Shown piece by piece: positions 12,611 through 25,975 of a stretch of DNA of 64,000 nt. Under the pieces are notes generated by a model. That model made no database searches, had not been told where the DNA came from, and saw nothing but the letters and a program-made list of their open reading frames with translations. Source of the DNA: Octopus sinensis (lineage: Eukaryota); assembly GCF_006345805.1 (NCBI RefSeq), contig NC_043006.1:36456001-36520000 (forward strand), in the 5' to 3' direction. Both the position numbers and the translations under genes were made by a program. Within the stretch, counting starts at the first letter, position 1; every line of letters starts with the position of its first letter.

Positions 12611-13907
12611 GAAAAATATTTTGATATTCTACTGTGTGAGATCTCAGACAAACTCATATCATGGTAACATGTTTAACTGAGGGGAGTGGTGTCAAACTCC
12701 CTCATTCACTAAGAGGATGACATAGTAGCAATAGAATAGTTAGTGCCCCAATTTGGCTAGACCTTTGGGTTAGAACTTGTAAAAGTGCATAAATTTACAT
12801 GTGTGTGTGAGTGGCCTAGTGGTTAGGGTGACTGATGAGCATAAAGTCATGGGTTTCATCCCTGAATGGGGTAGTATGTTGTTTCCTCATGCAAGGCCCT
12901 TCATTTCATATAGCTCTAGTCTGCTCTGCTGAACTGAGGGTCAACTGAGTGTTGATACAACTATTTTTCTTTCCACACATTGTGACAGTTTCATTAGAGT
13001 ATTGGTTTAGGGCAAGAGGGTCAAAAAGACATCATGTCTGCTTGCAACTACATAGGAAGTGAAACAATTAGTGAAAGCATGGCACATGCTCCTACGCATG
13101 TATAAAAACCAATATCCACTCAATATTTACTGAATACTTCAGGTATTCAGTAAAGAGCACCTTTGTAAGAAATATTATGCACCAGCTAAATATCCTTTTC
13201 TACTCTAGGCACAAGACTCAAAATTTTGGAGGAGGGGACCAGTCAATTAGAGTGACCCCCAGTATGCAACTGGTACTTAATTAATTGAACCTGAAAGGAT
13301 GAAAAGCAAAGTCAACCTCAGTGGAATTTGAACTCAGAATGTAAAGGCAGAAACATAGGGCATGCTACCTTACTGATGCAATATGCTATTTTGAGACAAC
13401 TGACAATGTCACCAAGCTAGGACAGGAGAGTTGCCAGAAACATAACATGATGAGAGCAAGACCTGGCAAAATCATGTCTAGCACAGAATTAGTGTGCAGA
13501 AGTGTTAGAAATACTCAAGATGTTTCCATCTTTGTCATATTGCAGCTTTGGTGGTCTTATTTACATCAGGCTCTAAGCTTGTATTTGTATTTGACCTGTG
13601 AAATTAGTCTTGGTTGGTCATGCTTGGGAATGCAGCCGGAATGTTTCATAATGGTTGCTTCTGATATGATTCTATGGGGGATGTGCCTGAGAACTCTACT
13701 GCCATGACCCTCACTGAAATAATGGGCAGAGAATGTTTCCATCCATTAGAAGACTTTGATTGGCCTAGAACTATAGTGGAGGATACTTACCCAAGGTGTT
13801 ATGCAGTAGGACTGAACCCAAAACCATGTGGCTGGTAAGCAAGCTATTTACCACACAGCCACGTGAATTTCTTAACTACACAGCCATGTGTGCCTATATA
13901 ATATATG

Positions 13908-13947
<40 letters not shown>

Positions 13948-14018
13948 AAATACATAGATAACTTATGTATATGTATGTATGTGTATAAACAAACACACAC
14001 ACACACACACACACACAC

Positions 14019-14090
14019 TATATAAAGACTGGTGGTCTCTGTTGTCATGACTACAGCGTTTCCATGGCAAAGTCCTAGGTGTGACTCATG
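14019..14090 (+). promoter_or_regulatory. Candidate regulatory cluster: TATA-like box, two RFX X-box-like palindromes, AP-1 site
   Basis: TATATAAAG 14019-27; GTTGTCATGACTAC 14041-54; GTTTCCATGGCAAA 14058-71; TGACTCA 14082-88. These sit in non-repetitive sequence between CA tracts. Confidence 0.3.
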
Positions 14091-14477
14091 CTAATCTGCA
14101 ATGATAGAGTCAATCTCAGTCACTCCATCACTCGCATCAGGCTGGTAAAGCCATATCGTCTGCAGGAAGTCTCACACACTCATTAACACACACACACACA
14201 CACACGTGCACATAAACGTCTATGCGGCTAATGTCACAATGGCAAAAACTACACTAGTTGCATACCTGCAGACAAGCCATACTGTCATAGTGAGACACAG
14301 ACACAAACATTGTTGTGTAAATTAGACTAAACTGAATTAGTAAACACACACACGCACGCACACACACTCAAACATTCACAAGCACACTGCAACTGAGACA
14401 CATATCCACTTACATATACACACAATGTTTGATGTTAGACTGTTAAATGATGACATCACACACACACGCGCAAATAC

Positions 14478-14710
14478 TGATACACACATACACTCTGTCT
14501 CTCATCACACACAAACACATACACTCTGTCTCATCACATATGTATGCACAAACACACTCTGTCTCATCACATACATACACACTAACACATACACTCTGTT
14601 TCTCATCACACACAAACACATATACTTTGTCTCTCATCACTCACACATGAAAGTACATGCATCTGTCTGTTATTACACACACACACACACACTCTCTCTC
14701 TCTCTCTCAT
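14478..14710. repeat. Degenerate CA-rich minisatellite
   Basis: acactctgtctcatcacatac-type unit recurring about six times. Confidence 0.7.
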
Positions 14711-15149
14711 TCCCCTATACTATCTCATTTCTCTCTTTACACCAGTATATGGAGAGTGGTGGTTGTAAAAGGTGATGTGGTAACTGACATAATGTTTGTA
14801 TTTATATACATGTGCAAGTGTGTGAATATTATAGTGTATGGGAGAGAGAGGGGGAGAGCTGGAATGGAGATGGGAAGGGGAAGAGATGATGTATTGCAAG
14901 GAAAGAGAGGCAAATAGATAAGGTGGTTGGTGTTGGGATAGACAGATTGATGGGTTGGTTTGTAAGGGGTGGGTGTATATGTGTTGTAATGTACAGGCTG
15001 TAGAATAAACGGGAGGAAATGGAAACTTGGAAGGGTTTCCCCAGTGTGTGTGTGTGTGTGTCTGTATATTGGTGTATATCACTGTATGTCATTTTGTAAT
15101 ACTATGTGCCTACTTGTTTGTATATCAACGTAATACAGTATATGTACAT

Positions 15150-15335
15150 TGTGTTATTGTCTGTATATCAATCTATGCTATTGTCTAATATATTAATGTG
15201 TGTTATTGTCTTTATATTAATGCAAATATCTGTTATTGTCTTTATATTAATGCAAGTATCTGTTATTGTTTTTATATTAATGTGAGTATCTTTTATTGTC
15301 TGTATATTAATGCAAGTGTCTATTATTTTATATAT
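15150..15335. repeat. Minisatellite, about 30-bp unit, about 5 copies
   Basis: Repeated tgttattgtctttatattaatgcaagtatc. A more degenerate continuation runs from 15750 to 16170. Confidence 0.8.
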
Positions 15336-15359
15336 ATTGTCACTGTGAGTAAATTTGTA

Positions 15360-15735
15360 TGCATACTGGTTTCAAATTTTGACACAAGGCCAGCAACTTT
15401 GGAAGGGGTTAGGTCATTTACATCAACCCTCAATGCTCAACTGGTACTTATTTTATCAACCCAAAAGGATGAAAAGCAAAGTTGATCTTGGTGAAATTTG
15501 AACTTAGAATGTAAAAGGCAGGCAAAATGCCGCCAAGAATTTAGCCCAGCATGGTTACAATTTTACCAGCTCACCACCTTAATTTGTGTTCTGAGTTCGA
15601 ATTCCACTGAGGTCAACTTTGCCTTTCATCCTTTCGGGCTTGATAAATGTAAGTACCAGTTGAACTTTGTGATCAGTGTGATCAACTTTTTATCTCCCAA
15701 AATTGCTGGCCTTGTACCAAAATTTAAAATCAATA
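15360..15735. mobile_element. Two SINE B copies in inverted (head-to-head) orientation
   Basis: Minus copy at about 15360-15580 (ggatgaaaagcaaagttgatc) and plus copy at about 15585-15735 (gcctttcatcctttcggg). Confidence 0.7.
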
Positions 15736-17309
15736 TTAAAGTATGTGTGGTAATGTTGTCTGTATATTAGTGTATTTGTATGTTAGTGTGTAGGAGTTTA
15801 CTATCTGTATATTAATATGTGTGTGTGTGTGTGCCTGTGTGATTATTGTTTCTATATTAATGTATATTTCATTGTCTGTACATTATTGTATGTCTGTATA
15901 GTAATGTATATCTTATAGACTGTACAGTCATGTCTGTGTGTGTATATTAGGCTGTATACAGACTTATTAGTGAATTATTGTCTATATTATTCTTATACGC
16001 TGTGTGTGAGTAACTTGACTATACACTAATGGGTGTGTTACTGTGTATGCATCATTGTAATTTATTGTCTATATATTAGATTATCCGATATATATGTAAA
16101 TTTGTGTGTGTGTGTGTGTGTGTGCATGTTACTCTCTGTACTTAGAAGTGTGTCTTACTGTTTGTATATTATTCTGTATGCATGTTATTGAATATTGGAG
16201 GAAATCTCAAGGGGTTATGAAGTAACTTTAAATGACTAAGAATCAAATATATATTGTATTGTAGGCTTGTCAGAAACTTACCACTAATGTGTAGTACCAA
16301 TACATGATATGTTTGTTGTGTGTGTGTGTGTGTGTTATTGAAGGAAGCTACTGTTCCATCTTAACCAGTTAGTCCTCAGATGGTGCTTTAGTGAATACTT
16401 GCTTGGGAACAGGTGCGGGTTAACAACAGGCAGGGCATCTAACTGTAGAAAATCTGCCTCAAAATAACTACATCTAACCCATGCAAGCATGGAAAAATGG
16501 ATATTCAGATGATGATGATATATTATAACATTTAAAGAAGAAAAAGCTCAATAACTATAAAGATTATTAGCATACTAATTATCAGATAGCAAATATGTCT
16601 CAGCTGAGTTAAATATGAATAATTCTTACATGCAATCTTATAACTAAGACTATATATATATATATTTATTTATTTATTTATTTATTTAAAATAGTGCATT
16701 TATGTGTATGTGTTGTTATCATCATATTTTCTCTGTCTGTGACCAATTCCGGATATAGCTATGGTGATGTCATAATGTATTTAGAAAAGAATACACTTGA
16801 TTCTTTCTTCCCACATGTCGACTCTCGAAAGTTTTGTCTCTCTCCCTTGTGGCTCTTGTTGTAATTTGTATGGGTGTGATGGGTGGGAGGAAGAGAATTT
16901 TTAGATGTAACACACATGCATGCATTTACTTATAAATATGTGTTTCTCTGTGTGTATGTGTGTGTGTGGAACTGCATAAACCTGTTATGCATATATGTAT
17001 GTATATGTGTCTTTTTGTATATGTTCATCTCTTACTATTTACCACCCAATAATGGTTTGTTTACATCCCTATAATTTAGTTGTTGAGCAAAATATGACTA
17101 ATAGAATAAGTATCAAGCTAAGAAACAAATAATTAAGTCAATTTGATTGACTAAACAATTTCTAGATTGGTGTCCCCAGCTTGGCTGCAGTCCAATAACT
17201 GAAGTAGTCAAATAAGTGAATAAAGTATCTGTCTGTCTGTCTATCTATGTATGTGTGCCTGTATATATAACATGAAAAAATATGTGTGTGTATTTGTTTA
17301 TATATGTAT

Positions 17310-17945
17310 GTACTTATTTCGTCATCGTTTAATGCCTGCCTGCCATGCTGGCTTGGGTGGGATGGTTTGATAGGAGCCAGCCAGGCAGAAGCCTGCACCA
17401 GACTTGTGTGTCTGTTTTGGCAGGATTTTTAGTTGGATGCCCTTCCTTACACCAACCACCCTGCAAAGTAATTTTCAGAAACGAAGGAAATCTTGAACAC
17501 AGTAGAATAGCTAAGGGAACAGCCTTAGTCAATTTGGTAAAAATACTCCTATAGACAGGAAAAAGTGACCAGCAGCCACTACAGAGAATTGAACTATGTA
17601 CCTCTCAAACTCTAGCAGAGTACTTATTTCTAAAAAAAATACTTGCTCATTCAATGCTTCAATGTTTGTAAAAATGTTCGTGTGTGTGCACGTGTGCACG
17701 CGCATGTGTATCACGCTCCAATTGTCTGTTTTGGCATGATTTCTATGGCAGGATGCCCTTTCTGATGCCAGCTGCTTTACAGAGTGTATTGGGTGCATTT
17801 TATGTAGCACCAGCACCAATACGTTATACATGGCACCAGCACCAGTGCATTTTGTGTGGCACCAGCACAGGTGCTTTTTGCATGGAACCAGCACCAGTGT
17901 ATTCCATGTAGCACCAGCACCAGTGTGTTTTACATAGCACCTGTG
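17310..17945 (-). mobile_element. Two family C fragments; the second has a gcaccagcaccag-type tandem 5' region
   Basis: C tail and body at 17315-17465; C body plus short units at 17715-17945. Confidence 0.6.
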
Positions 17946-18547
17946 AGCTGAGAGAGGGAGTGGAACCATCCAAACCTATTGCAATGTGTGTGGGGTGGGA
18001 GGAGAAACAAAACAAAATATTCACAATTACATATTCACTTTCACACATGCATTTGATATATTTGAAGGTTTGATAAAATCATCATTTAGGCATTATCAAA
18101 GAAAGAGCTAAAGATGTTAAAAATATTAAGAATTTGTTATGTTGGGAACAGTTTTGTTACAAACTGCAGCTTGATTAGATCTCATGCCATCATATCAAAA
18201 CATGATCACAAAATCAAAACCATCTACATCTCATAACAAGACTGTACACCATCAAATAACTATGTATAAATAGGTATATTACTGTCAATTGGCTATTTTT
18301 CCATTCAAGTTACTTTCCAGAGAGTTACCATATTTATTTGTGTATAACACATGCTTTGTATTTCTTTAAATTTTTAAACTCCAAAATTTGGGGTGTACTT
18401 TATCTAGAATTAAATGTTATCTATTTTTCTGTGACCATATGTAGAATGGTATATGTTATGCTTATTGTTCAAACTAATTGGTGTGTAATGAGTTTAAATT
18501 ACTATAATAATGTTACATTTTGCTTTGTTTAATAATAATACATTAAA

Positions 18548-18945
18548 TCATAATCGTCATCATTTTAATGTCCACTTTTCCATGCTTGCATGTGCCACAC
18601 AGATTTTATTAAAGTGAATTTTCTCATGGACAGATACCCTTCTTGTAACCAGCCCTAATCGATTTCCAAGTAAGCTAATATTTCTCCATGATGGGATGTT
18701 TTTTCACAGAAGATTGGAAATAAAGAACACTGCTTGCATGACAACTATTACATGATGTCAAGGAAAAGAGACAGTGACATACTCTCTCTCTCTCTCTCTC
18801 TTTCTTTCAGTTTCCATCTACCAAACCCACTTGCTACGTTTTGGCTAGTCAGGGTATTATAGTAATAGATAAGTACCCAAGGCCTCACGTGGTACGACCA
18901 AAGCTGAAGCTATGTGGCTGGGAAGCAAACTTCTTACCATATAAC
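18548..18945 (-). mobile_element. SINE head A + tail E
   Basis: catcattttaatgtccacttttccatgcttgcatg tail followed by the reverse-complement head A. Confidence 0.7.
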
Positions 18946-20279
18946 CTAGAAATGTTATATTTTATTAGCATACCCATTAAGATCTTATTGCTTAATACTG
19001 TTTACTTACTAAGATACTGAAACAATTCAAAACTAAAATGTAAAACTGACACAGAAACCATAAAATGACTGCATACAGTCTCCCTTAGGTTTGAATGTTG
19101 TTGTGGCCTAGTCCCCACGTCAAACCTATGATCAAAGACACTCAAAATGGAGACACTGTCATCTGTATTCTTTAGACACAGAATCAAATATGTCTCATTT
19201 TCATGACAGTGGCAGTAGTTTTGAATATTTCTTGTAAGTTGAACAACTGTATAGAGGTTTCCTCATTAACTTATCTTTGAGTGTAGTTGTTGTTGTTGGA
19301 ACAGGTGCTGGTGCTGGGAGGGTTTAATGGATGAGTCAGGTGTCTGATAGATGGCTTCTCCTTTTTTCTATTTCTTTCCCTACTCTGCTTCCCTATGTCT
19401 TCCTTCTTTGCCCCACCTTCATACTTTTTAGTTTCCCCCTTTATCACTGCCACTGCTGCCATCATTCATGGATAGTTAAGGGAGACTATAGGTGTTGGTT
19501 GCCATGGACTTGTTTGAGTCTTACATATTATTTTGGTTCTTGAATATTGTTTAAAGTTTCTTACCATATTCTTCAGAAGGATCTGTGATAAGAAGGAAGG
19601 AAGGAGTGAAAGAAAGGAAAATGGAGTAGAGGGAGAGAGATAAGTGAAGAATGAAAGAAATGGAAAGGAGGAGGGACACAGTGAGGGGAAAGTGAGTAAG
19701 AAAGAAGTGATTGATTGATTGATTGATAGATGAAAAAGTGATTAAGTAGTAAGGTAGGGGCAGAGATGTTCTCTTCCTGTTCCCTCCACTCTTACTGATT
19801 TTTGTTTTGTTTTTCTTTTCTTTCCCTTTTGCTACTTTATCATCCATCTTCTTTCTTAGCCTATTACAATCATCTTCAGCAACAACAGCAGTAGTACAGC
19901 CACCACCTCCACCACCACAATTACTAAACATCTTCCCCTAATTCTATATACCACTCCCACATAAGCTCCAATACTACACTCCTATTCTCTACATTGCCAA
20001 AGACATGGAAAATATAACAATAGCAATGAATGTTAAAGTGCATTCCAACAGATCATAGACGTGCGTGCATGTGTGTGTGTGTGTGTGTGTGTGTGTATCT
20101 GTGCGGTATTTTGTCTCATTTTTTTTTTTCAGTGGGTAGTGAATGGGTGTTTCAGAAGTTATGACAACTAAATAATACACACGCCTGCATTCACATACAT
20201 ATGCAAAACGTTCCTGTACATCCCTGCTCATTTTATGCATATGCATGTTCACATTGACACAAGTTGATTTAACTTTCTG

Positions 20280-20301
20280 AATAATGATAATAATAATAGT
20301 A

Positions 20302-20352
<51 letters not shown>

Positions 20353-20400
20353 CCTTTGTTAATAATAATGATAGTAGTAATAAAAATATATAGATAATAT
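20280..20400. repeat. (AAT)n microsatellite
   Basis: Direct reading of the sequence. Confidence 0.95.
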
Positions 20401-21023
20401 AACATAAGCATTTGTGTGTGTGTGTGTGTGTGTGTGCAAGTAATACAGTGTGTATGTGTGTGTGTCTATTTTTGAAATCTCTGAGATTTTTCTCTAAACA
20501 AAATGCTAGTTGCTGAATAAGAAACAAAACTATTTCAATGGAATTTTGATAACAGTAGTAAGGACCTACAGGGTAAAATTTAGAAAAGTCTTTCATATTT
20601 TCAGTGTTCCACTGAAAGATTGAATTTGTAGAATCAATGTAGGATGATGCCTTTCTTTATTTGAAAACCCCAGTTTTTGAGACTGTTACTTAGACATTAA
20701 ACAAAAGAACCAGATCTGGCCTGGCATGACTCAACAACCACCAAGTTCACAAATGTCTATAAGTACTAAAGTTGATTTATAATCTGCATAGAGAGGTTGT
20801 TGGTTTCAAAATAGTGACTAACATTTTAATGAAACACTCACATCTGCTGGGCAATTGACCGCAACATCAGTACATATTTATTTTATAACCAAATAACTAT
20901 ACTCGGCTTCTGGCATTTGCATCTATTAGAAGTTTGATGGGAATGTGCTGCCAATATTCCTTGTGTTGAAGTCTGTGAATGTACTCAATGTTAGAAATAT
21001 TTATTTGTATTTTTGTCCCAAGG

Positions 21024-21102
21024 ATGTCCTCCCTTTGGATTGTGTTGTATGTTGTTTCAGCAACAACTGTCATGCTGTTGATTGCTAGTTTGCTTATAAG
21101 AA
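21024..21102 (+). CDS. Candidate first coding exon (signal peptide) of the same ADAM-like gene
   Basis: ATG at 21024 reads MSSLWIVLYVVSATTVMLLIASLLIR plus 1 nt, followed by a GTTAGT donor (21103-08). The phase 1 end fits the phase 1 start of exon 62656 (join gives ...LLIR-S-GPPQETSK). A possible acceptor ...tttgtatttttgtcccaAG lies just upstream (21021-22). The peptide is hydrophobic but short, so a chance occurrence is possible. Confidence 0.35.
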
Positions 21103-22284
21103 GTTAGTAACTTGACATTTTTGGACAGCTGCTGATCACATGTGTAATGTCTTCCATACTTGTGCACCATAATCCATATAAGATGTATAGATGTTGTGTG
21201 TGTATGTATGTGCATCTGTTTGAATGTATATGTGTGAATGCTTACATCAGTGAAAATGTACACACACACACACACATTATATATACTATATATTTTGTGT
21301 GTGTGTGTGTGATATTGACTGTTCAAAGATAAAACTACTGCTTTATAATCTGCTCCGGGTTATCTCTTTGGTATATCCTACTGAGGAAGGCTAAGGAGCT
21401 ACAAACACATTTAGGCTTTTGCTAGGGGAAGACACTGCACAGATAAGATGTTTTTACACTTTTTATACCATAAGTGGGGACTTTTTTCTCCTCTATAAAC
21501 TGCAGTGAATTTGTTTTAGAAGTTAAAATATGTCACAAATACATTTGAACTAACCTAGAGTTCATTTATATAATATTATATTGTAACATGTATAATTACA
21601 ATAAGTTCATTTGCTTTTACATGCTAGCAAGAGTTATTGAGGCATTGCTTTACAGTCAGTTGCCCTTCCTGTTACTGAGCCATAACTGTTTTTCATGTAA
21701 AGGATCTCTTATTCTACATGTCTTCATAGAGGCAAAGCTAACAGGTGATTTGTTGACAAAGAGAATGTCAACAATGCCACTGCTTGTAGTTTAGCAGTCT
21801 TTGGAGAAGTGCAAATGCAAACATACAGATGTGCATACACATTTATTCATATATATGGAAGAAGCTTTAGTCTACCTGGGGCCATCATAAAAGATAATTG
21901 CCAAAGATCCCACATTGTAAGACATGATTATGGAGCAAATTTTTTAAGCATGCAACCATACTTTTGCTCATGTACATGTGTGTGTATGTGTCTGTCTATC
22001 TAGTTTCCAGTCAATCTATCTATTTATCTATCTTTCCACATACACACACCTATGTATGTATCTATCTATCTATCTCTGCATTTCAATGGAAATACTACTA
22101 TTTGTGTATCCTGAATATTCAGTTGCATATTCTCATTACATTACATCATAATTTAATAACAGTGTGAACTCATAACCAGTTTCTCGGCTGGGTTACTTAT
22201 CTTGAATTTGGTTTGATTCTCCAAATCCAATTTTCTACTTTATGTGTACATTTTTAGTTGTTATTGTTTTTACTATTACTACTA

Positions 22285-22705
22285 CTTAACTCAGAGGTGA
22301 TATCTCATCCACTGGAAAAGATGTATCAATCTATGTAGCAAAAGCATGCACAAATTAAGAGTAATTTGGAAGTCTGCACTACCTGTCTGAAAGGAGAGGG
22401 AATTTCTCAGTTCCAAAGTAGAATCACTTTACTGTTCATTAGTGTAGACTCTGAAAAAGAAAAGATAGAAAACAAACTTGATGGGACCTACACGTGTATG
22501 TTGTGTGCTGTTCTCAGCAAATCATGGAAATAACATCCAATGAAGGAAGAGTTTTATGGAAATATCTCCAGCATTCCATCAATCATTCAAGAGTGGAGGG
22601 CAAGATAATGCTAGTCACTGATATTGAAGCAAAGATAATTTAATGAGTTCCTGCGCCTTGGGAATTCTCATGTCTGATGCCTGAGAATGATGTACATTGA
22701 CCATC
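22285..22705 (+). mobile_element. Decayed RTE/RTEX-like LINE RT fragment
   Basis: Translates as DISSTGKDVSIYVAKA, VIWKSALP, SKVESLLL and ENKLDGTYTCMLCAVLSKSWK*HPMKEEFYG (family pattern LDGxYTRMLRAxLNxSWxQHPTKxxLYG). Confidence 0.75.
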
Positions 22706-22714
22706 TCTTGCAAA

Positions 22715-23240
22715 TTCTACCAAGGCTGACTTTGCCTTTCATTCTTTTAGGGTCAATAAAGTACAAGGGGGTGCTGAAAAGTTCTTGGCTTTAAGGGTAT
22801 TGTGAAAGGATTGATTGGAGGCCCAATCTTCCTAGTTCTTTTACAGTGCTTAGAAAAACTGAAGGACCACTGCAATAAGTATGTGAATTTGAGAGGGAAA
22901 TATGTTGAATAAAATCATAATTAACTGATCCTTCTGTAAGTTTTTTCCCCAAAGCCAGGAACTTTTCAACAGCCCCTCGTAAGTACCAGTTGAACACTGG
23001 GATTGATGTAATCAGCTAGTCCCCTCCTCAAGAAAATTCAGGCCTTGTGCCTGTCGTAGAAAGGATTGTTATACTGTCAGACTTTACATTCTGAATTCAG
23101 ATTCCACCAAGGTCACCTTTGCCTTTCATCCTTTCAAAGTTGATGAAATAAGTACTAGATGAACACTGGGAGGGGAGATGTAATTAACTATCCCATCCCC
23201 ATCCTCCAATCCCCTAAAATTTCAAGCCTTGTGCCTATTG
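22715..23240 (+). mobile_element. Tandem SINE B copies, the first carrying the mariner MITE
   Basis: B core at 22720-22761 resumes at 22982 (agtaccagttgaacactggg). A second copy lies at 23080-23240. Confidence 0.8.
22764..22979 (+). mobile_element. Mariner-derived non-autonomous element (MITE), 216 bp, inserted in a SINE B copy
   Basis: 29-bp imperfect TIRs (caagggggtgctgaaaagttcttggcttt / aaagccaggaacttttcaacagcccctcg) and a TA target duplication (22762-63, 22980-81). The interior encodes LEKLKDHCNKYVNLRGKYVE*, resembling a mariner transposase C-terminus. Confidence 0.9.
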
Positions 23241-23289
23241 TTGTTGTTAAGGGTGACTGCTAGTCCATTAATGCAAGTTTCTTGCTGGA

Positions 23290-23640
23290 ATTGCAGCCAC
23301 TAAATGGTTTATCAATGCAGAAATGTTTTAAATGCCAAAGGAATTATCATCATTTTGAGACAGCATGTTGTAAACTTCCATTTGGTCTTATTACATGTGT
23401 CTGGTAGATCAATCATGTTCTATTTCATTGTTGTAATTTGCCAGGTAGAATTTCATTTTCATGATAGTATTTTGATATTACCTTTGCCCATGTTACATTT
23501 GATGAGTGACCAGTTGATGTCCAAATGACCGACACTTTATTCCTTTAAGTGGCAATAAATATCTGTATAAGCTGGATAAGGTTCTGGCATTCCTCTTTCC
23601 TGGTTTTCTAACTGCAGATTTATGATAGGAGAACATGCTT
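23290..23640 (-). mobile_element. Possible highly decayed Penelope-like GIY-YIG C-terminal remnant
   Basis: Frameshifted minus-strand pieces KRNARTLSS / YCHLKE*SVGHLDINWSLIK / KMKFYLANY resemble the PLE C-terminal pattern (TxLSxYIWxLK...IxWSII...KFxL). Confidence 0.35.
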
Positions 23641-24504
23641 TTATGGCTGGTTTCACTCACACATTATATAAATGTATACATTCACATACTTGGATATATC
23701 ATACTTGAAAGTGCCTGATATTTGAATGTGTACATCTGAATGCTCACACACACTCATACATATTTATGAAAAAAAAAGAGCATTATAATGATGATGATGA
23801 TAGTACTGTGTGATTGTCATGGGATGATGTTGTTTATGATTGGTGTGATGGCAGCATCTAAATTTGACTGGATTGTAAACAAAAACAAAAAACAAAAAAT
23901 AAATTGAAAAAAATCATCACAAAATCAAGCAAAATAACTAAAAAATGTATACTGTCTTCTCTGAATTTCCCTCTTACTCTGTCTTTCACATCATTTAATC
24001 TCTCTCTTTCTCTCTCTCCCTCTCTCATCCTCTCTCTCTCTCTCTCACCCACACCGACACATGATGCACGCTCATCCTCTCTTCACCTTATGTGTCTGAT
24101 ATAGTTATTAAGGTGTCAGGAATACATTGACTGCGTTCTATAACAGAAAACTGAATCATCAGAAGGGGTTTCCACCTCTGCTACCATCACAGAAGAATGA
24201 ATGAAGGAATGTAGAAGAGGAGAGGAAGGAAGGAAGCAGGGGTAGGGTGTGATGGGGAGTTAGGACAAGGGAGAGGAAGAAACAAATAGAAGAAGGAAAA
24301 CTTAGCGCTATGAGGTTTGGCAATAGTGGTAGTGGTGTTGTTAGTGGCGGTGGTGTTGGTAGTGCTGATGGAGGGAGGAGTTGAATGGGTAACAAACCTG
24401 TTGTCAAAAACAATATGACTCGGTGCGTGTATGTGTGTGCGTGCGTGTGTCATCATTGAAGTGTAAAAGATTGCTGGCAGTTATGAAAGAATGAATAAAT
24501 AAAT

Positions 24505-24735
24505 ATGATAATGTGGATAATGATGGTGGTGGTGATGATGATGATGATTGTGGTGGTGATGATGATGATGATTGTGGTGGTGGTGGTGGCGAATATGATA
24601 ATGGTGAATATAATGATGCTGATAATGCTGCTGCCACTGATATTGATGATGAATAGAAGGATGTTGATCATGCAGATGAATAAAATGATGCTGATGGTGG
24701 TGATGAATAAACAACGGTGATGGTGATGATGAATA
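24505..24735. repeat. Mixed (GAT/GGT)n trinucleotide low-complexity tract
   Basis: Direct reading; this tract is the source of the His/Met/Ile-rich spurious ORFs. Confidence 0.9.
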
Positions 24736-25779
24736 TAATGAGATTATGAAAACAGGAAAGAGTACAAGAGAAAAATGAAGAACAAAAAGCAATGAGACAA
24801 CATTTATGCTACACAGGTGTACACACACACACATGCATATGCACACACCACACATAGCAGATTAGCGGAAATAAATTAACACTTTCCGACACCTGAAGCG
24901 CATAGAGATATAACTTTAACAATACAAGAGAACTTTTCATATTTGTGATATTGATGGTAATAACGATGATGATGATGATGACAATGATGATGATGGCAAG
25001 TGATGAGAGTAATTATAGTTGTCAGGATGGTGGCATTGACGTGGGTAATCTTATAGGATACCAGTGATGGTGGTGATGATGATGACATAATGAATCGCTA
25101 ATTAAGCATAGGAAGTTTAAAAATGTAAATATTTTTAATTCCACCCACTTGTAAAAAAAAAAAAAAAATTAAAAAGACCCTTAAAGAAAGCAGATACCTG
25201 CCTACCTTAACTCCCCGCCAAACAGCTAATCTGTACCCATTTTATATATATATATGAAAAATAGAGGCTGTGTAGTAAGATGTTTGCTTCCCAACCACAT
25301 AGTTCTGGGTTCAGTCTTACTGTGTGAAACCTTGAGCAAGTATCTTCTATTGTAGACCCAGATTAACTAAAGCCTTGTGAGTGGATTTCGTAGACAGTAA
25401 CTGAAAGAATCTCATGCATGTATATGTGAGAGTGTATGTTTGAGTCTCCTTGCTTTGACAAACCCTTATTTCAATGCATGTGTGTGTGTGTGTGTGTATT
25501 TGCCAACTAAGTGTGACATCCTATACAGGACAGTGCTACTGATGTTTATAGCCCCAGGAAGACATCTCCTCCAGCTGGCTAATGACATATTCTGTGTCCA
25601 ATTAGTATTTGCAAGTGGAGGTCATCGCTCCCATCTCTAGCCTTACGTGATACACACAGACTTGAGTTTCCGGGTGATACACACACACACACACACATAC
25701 TTTCATTTTTTCACTTGTTTCACTTGACTGTGACCATGCTGGGGCACTGCCTCAAATGGTTTTACTTGCTGCCCATGTT

Positions 25780-25975
25780 GACCCCCAATTCTTTCCAGTC
25801 ATCTCAAATCTTCTGCATTCAGGGCCCATGTCTTACTACTATACAGCATTTGTACTTCTAACATAACATCACACAATCTGCATATTCTTTTTCTGGCTTC
25901 AGTGATTGGGCTATGCTCATAAGGAAGTGCTTTCTTGAATCTACTTGGTTATTTCTGACATTGTGATGCAGTGGA
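25780..25975 (-). mobile_element. Decayed RTE-clade LINE fragment
   Basis: Minus strand reads RFKKALP...RLCDVMLEVQMLYSSKTWALNAEDLR*LER (pattern GRLYDACVRTAMLHGSETWAL...RLER). Confidence 0.6.

Noticed and set aside
19331-19543. Hydrophobic ORF MSQVSDRWLLLFS...
   Set aside because: The hydrophobicity comes from a polypyrimidine tract, and no suitable splice donor or homology was recognised.
24404-24855. His-, Ile-, Met- or Ser/Pro-rich ORFs
   Set aside because: These are translations of a (GAT/GGT)n tract.
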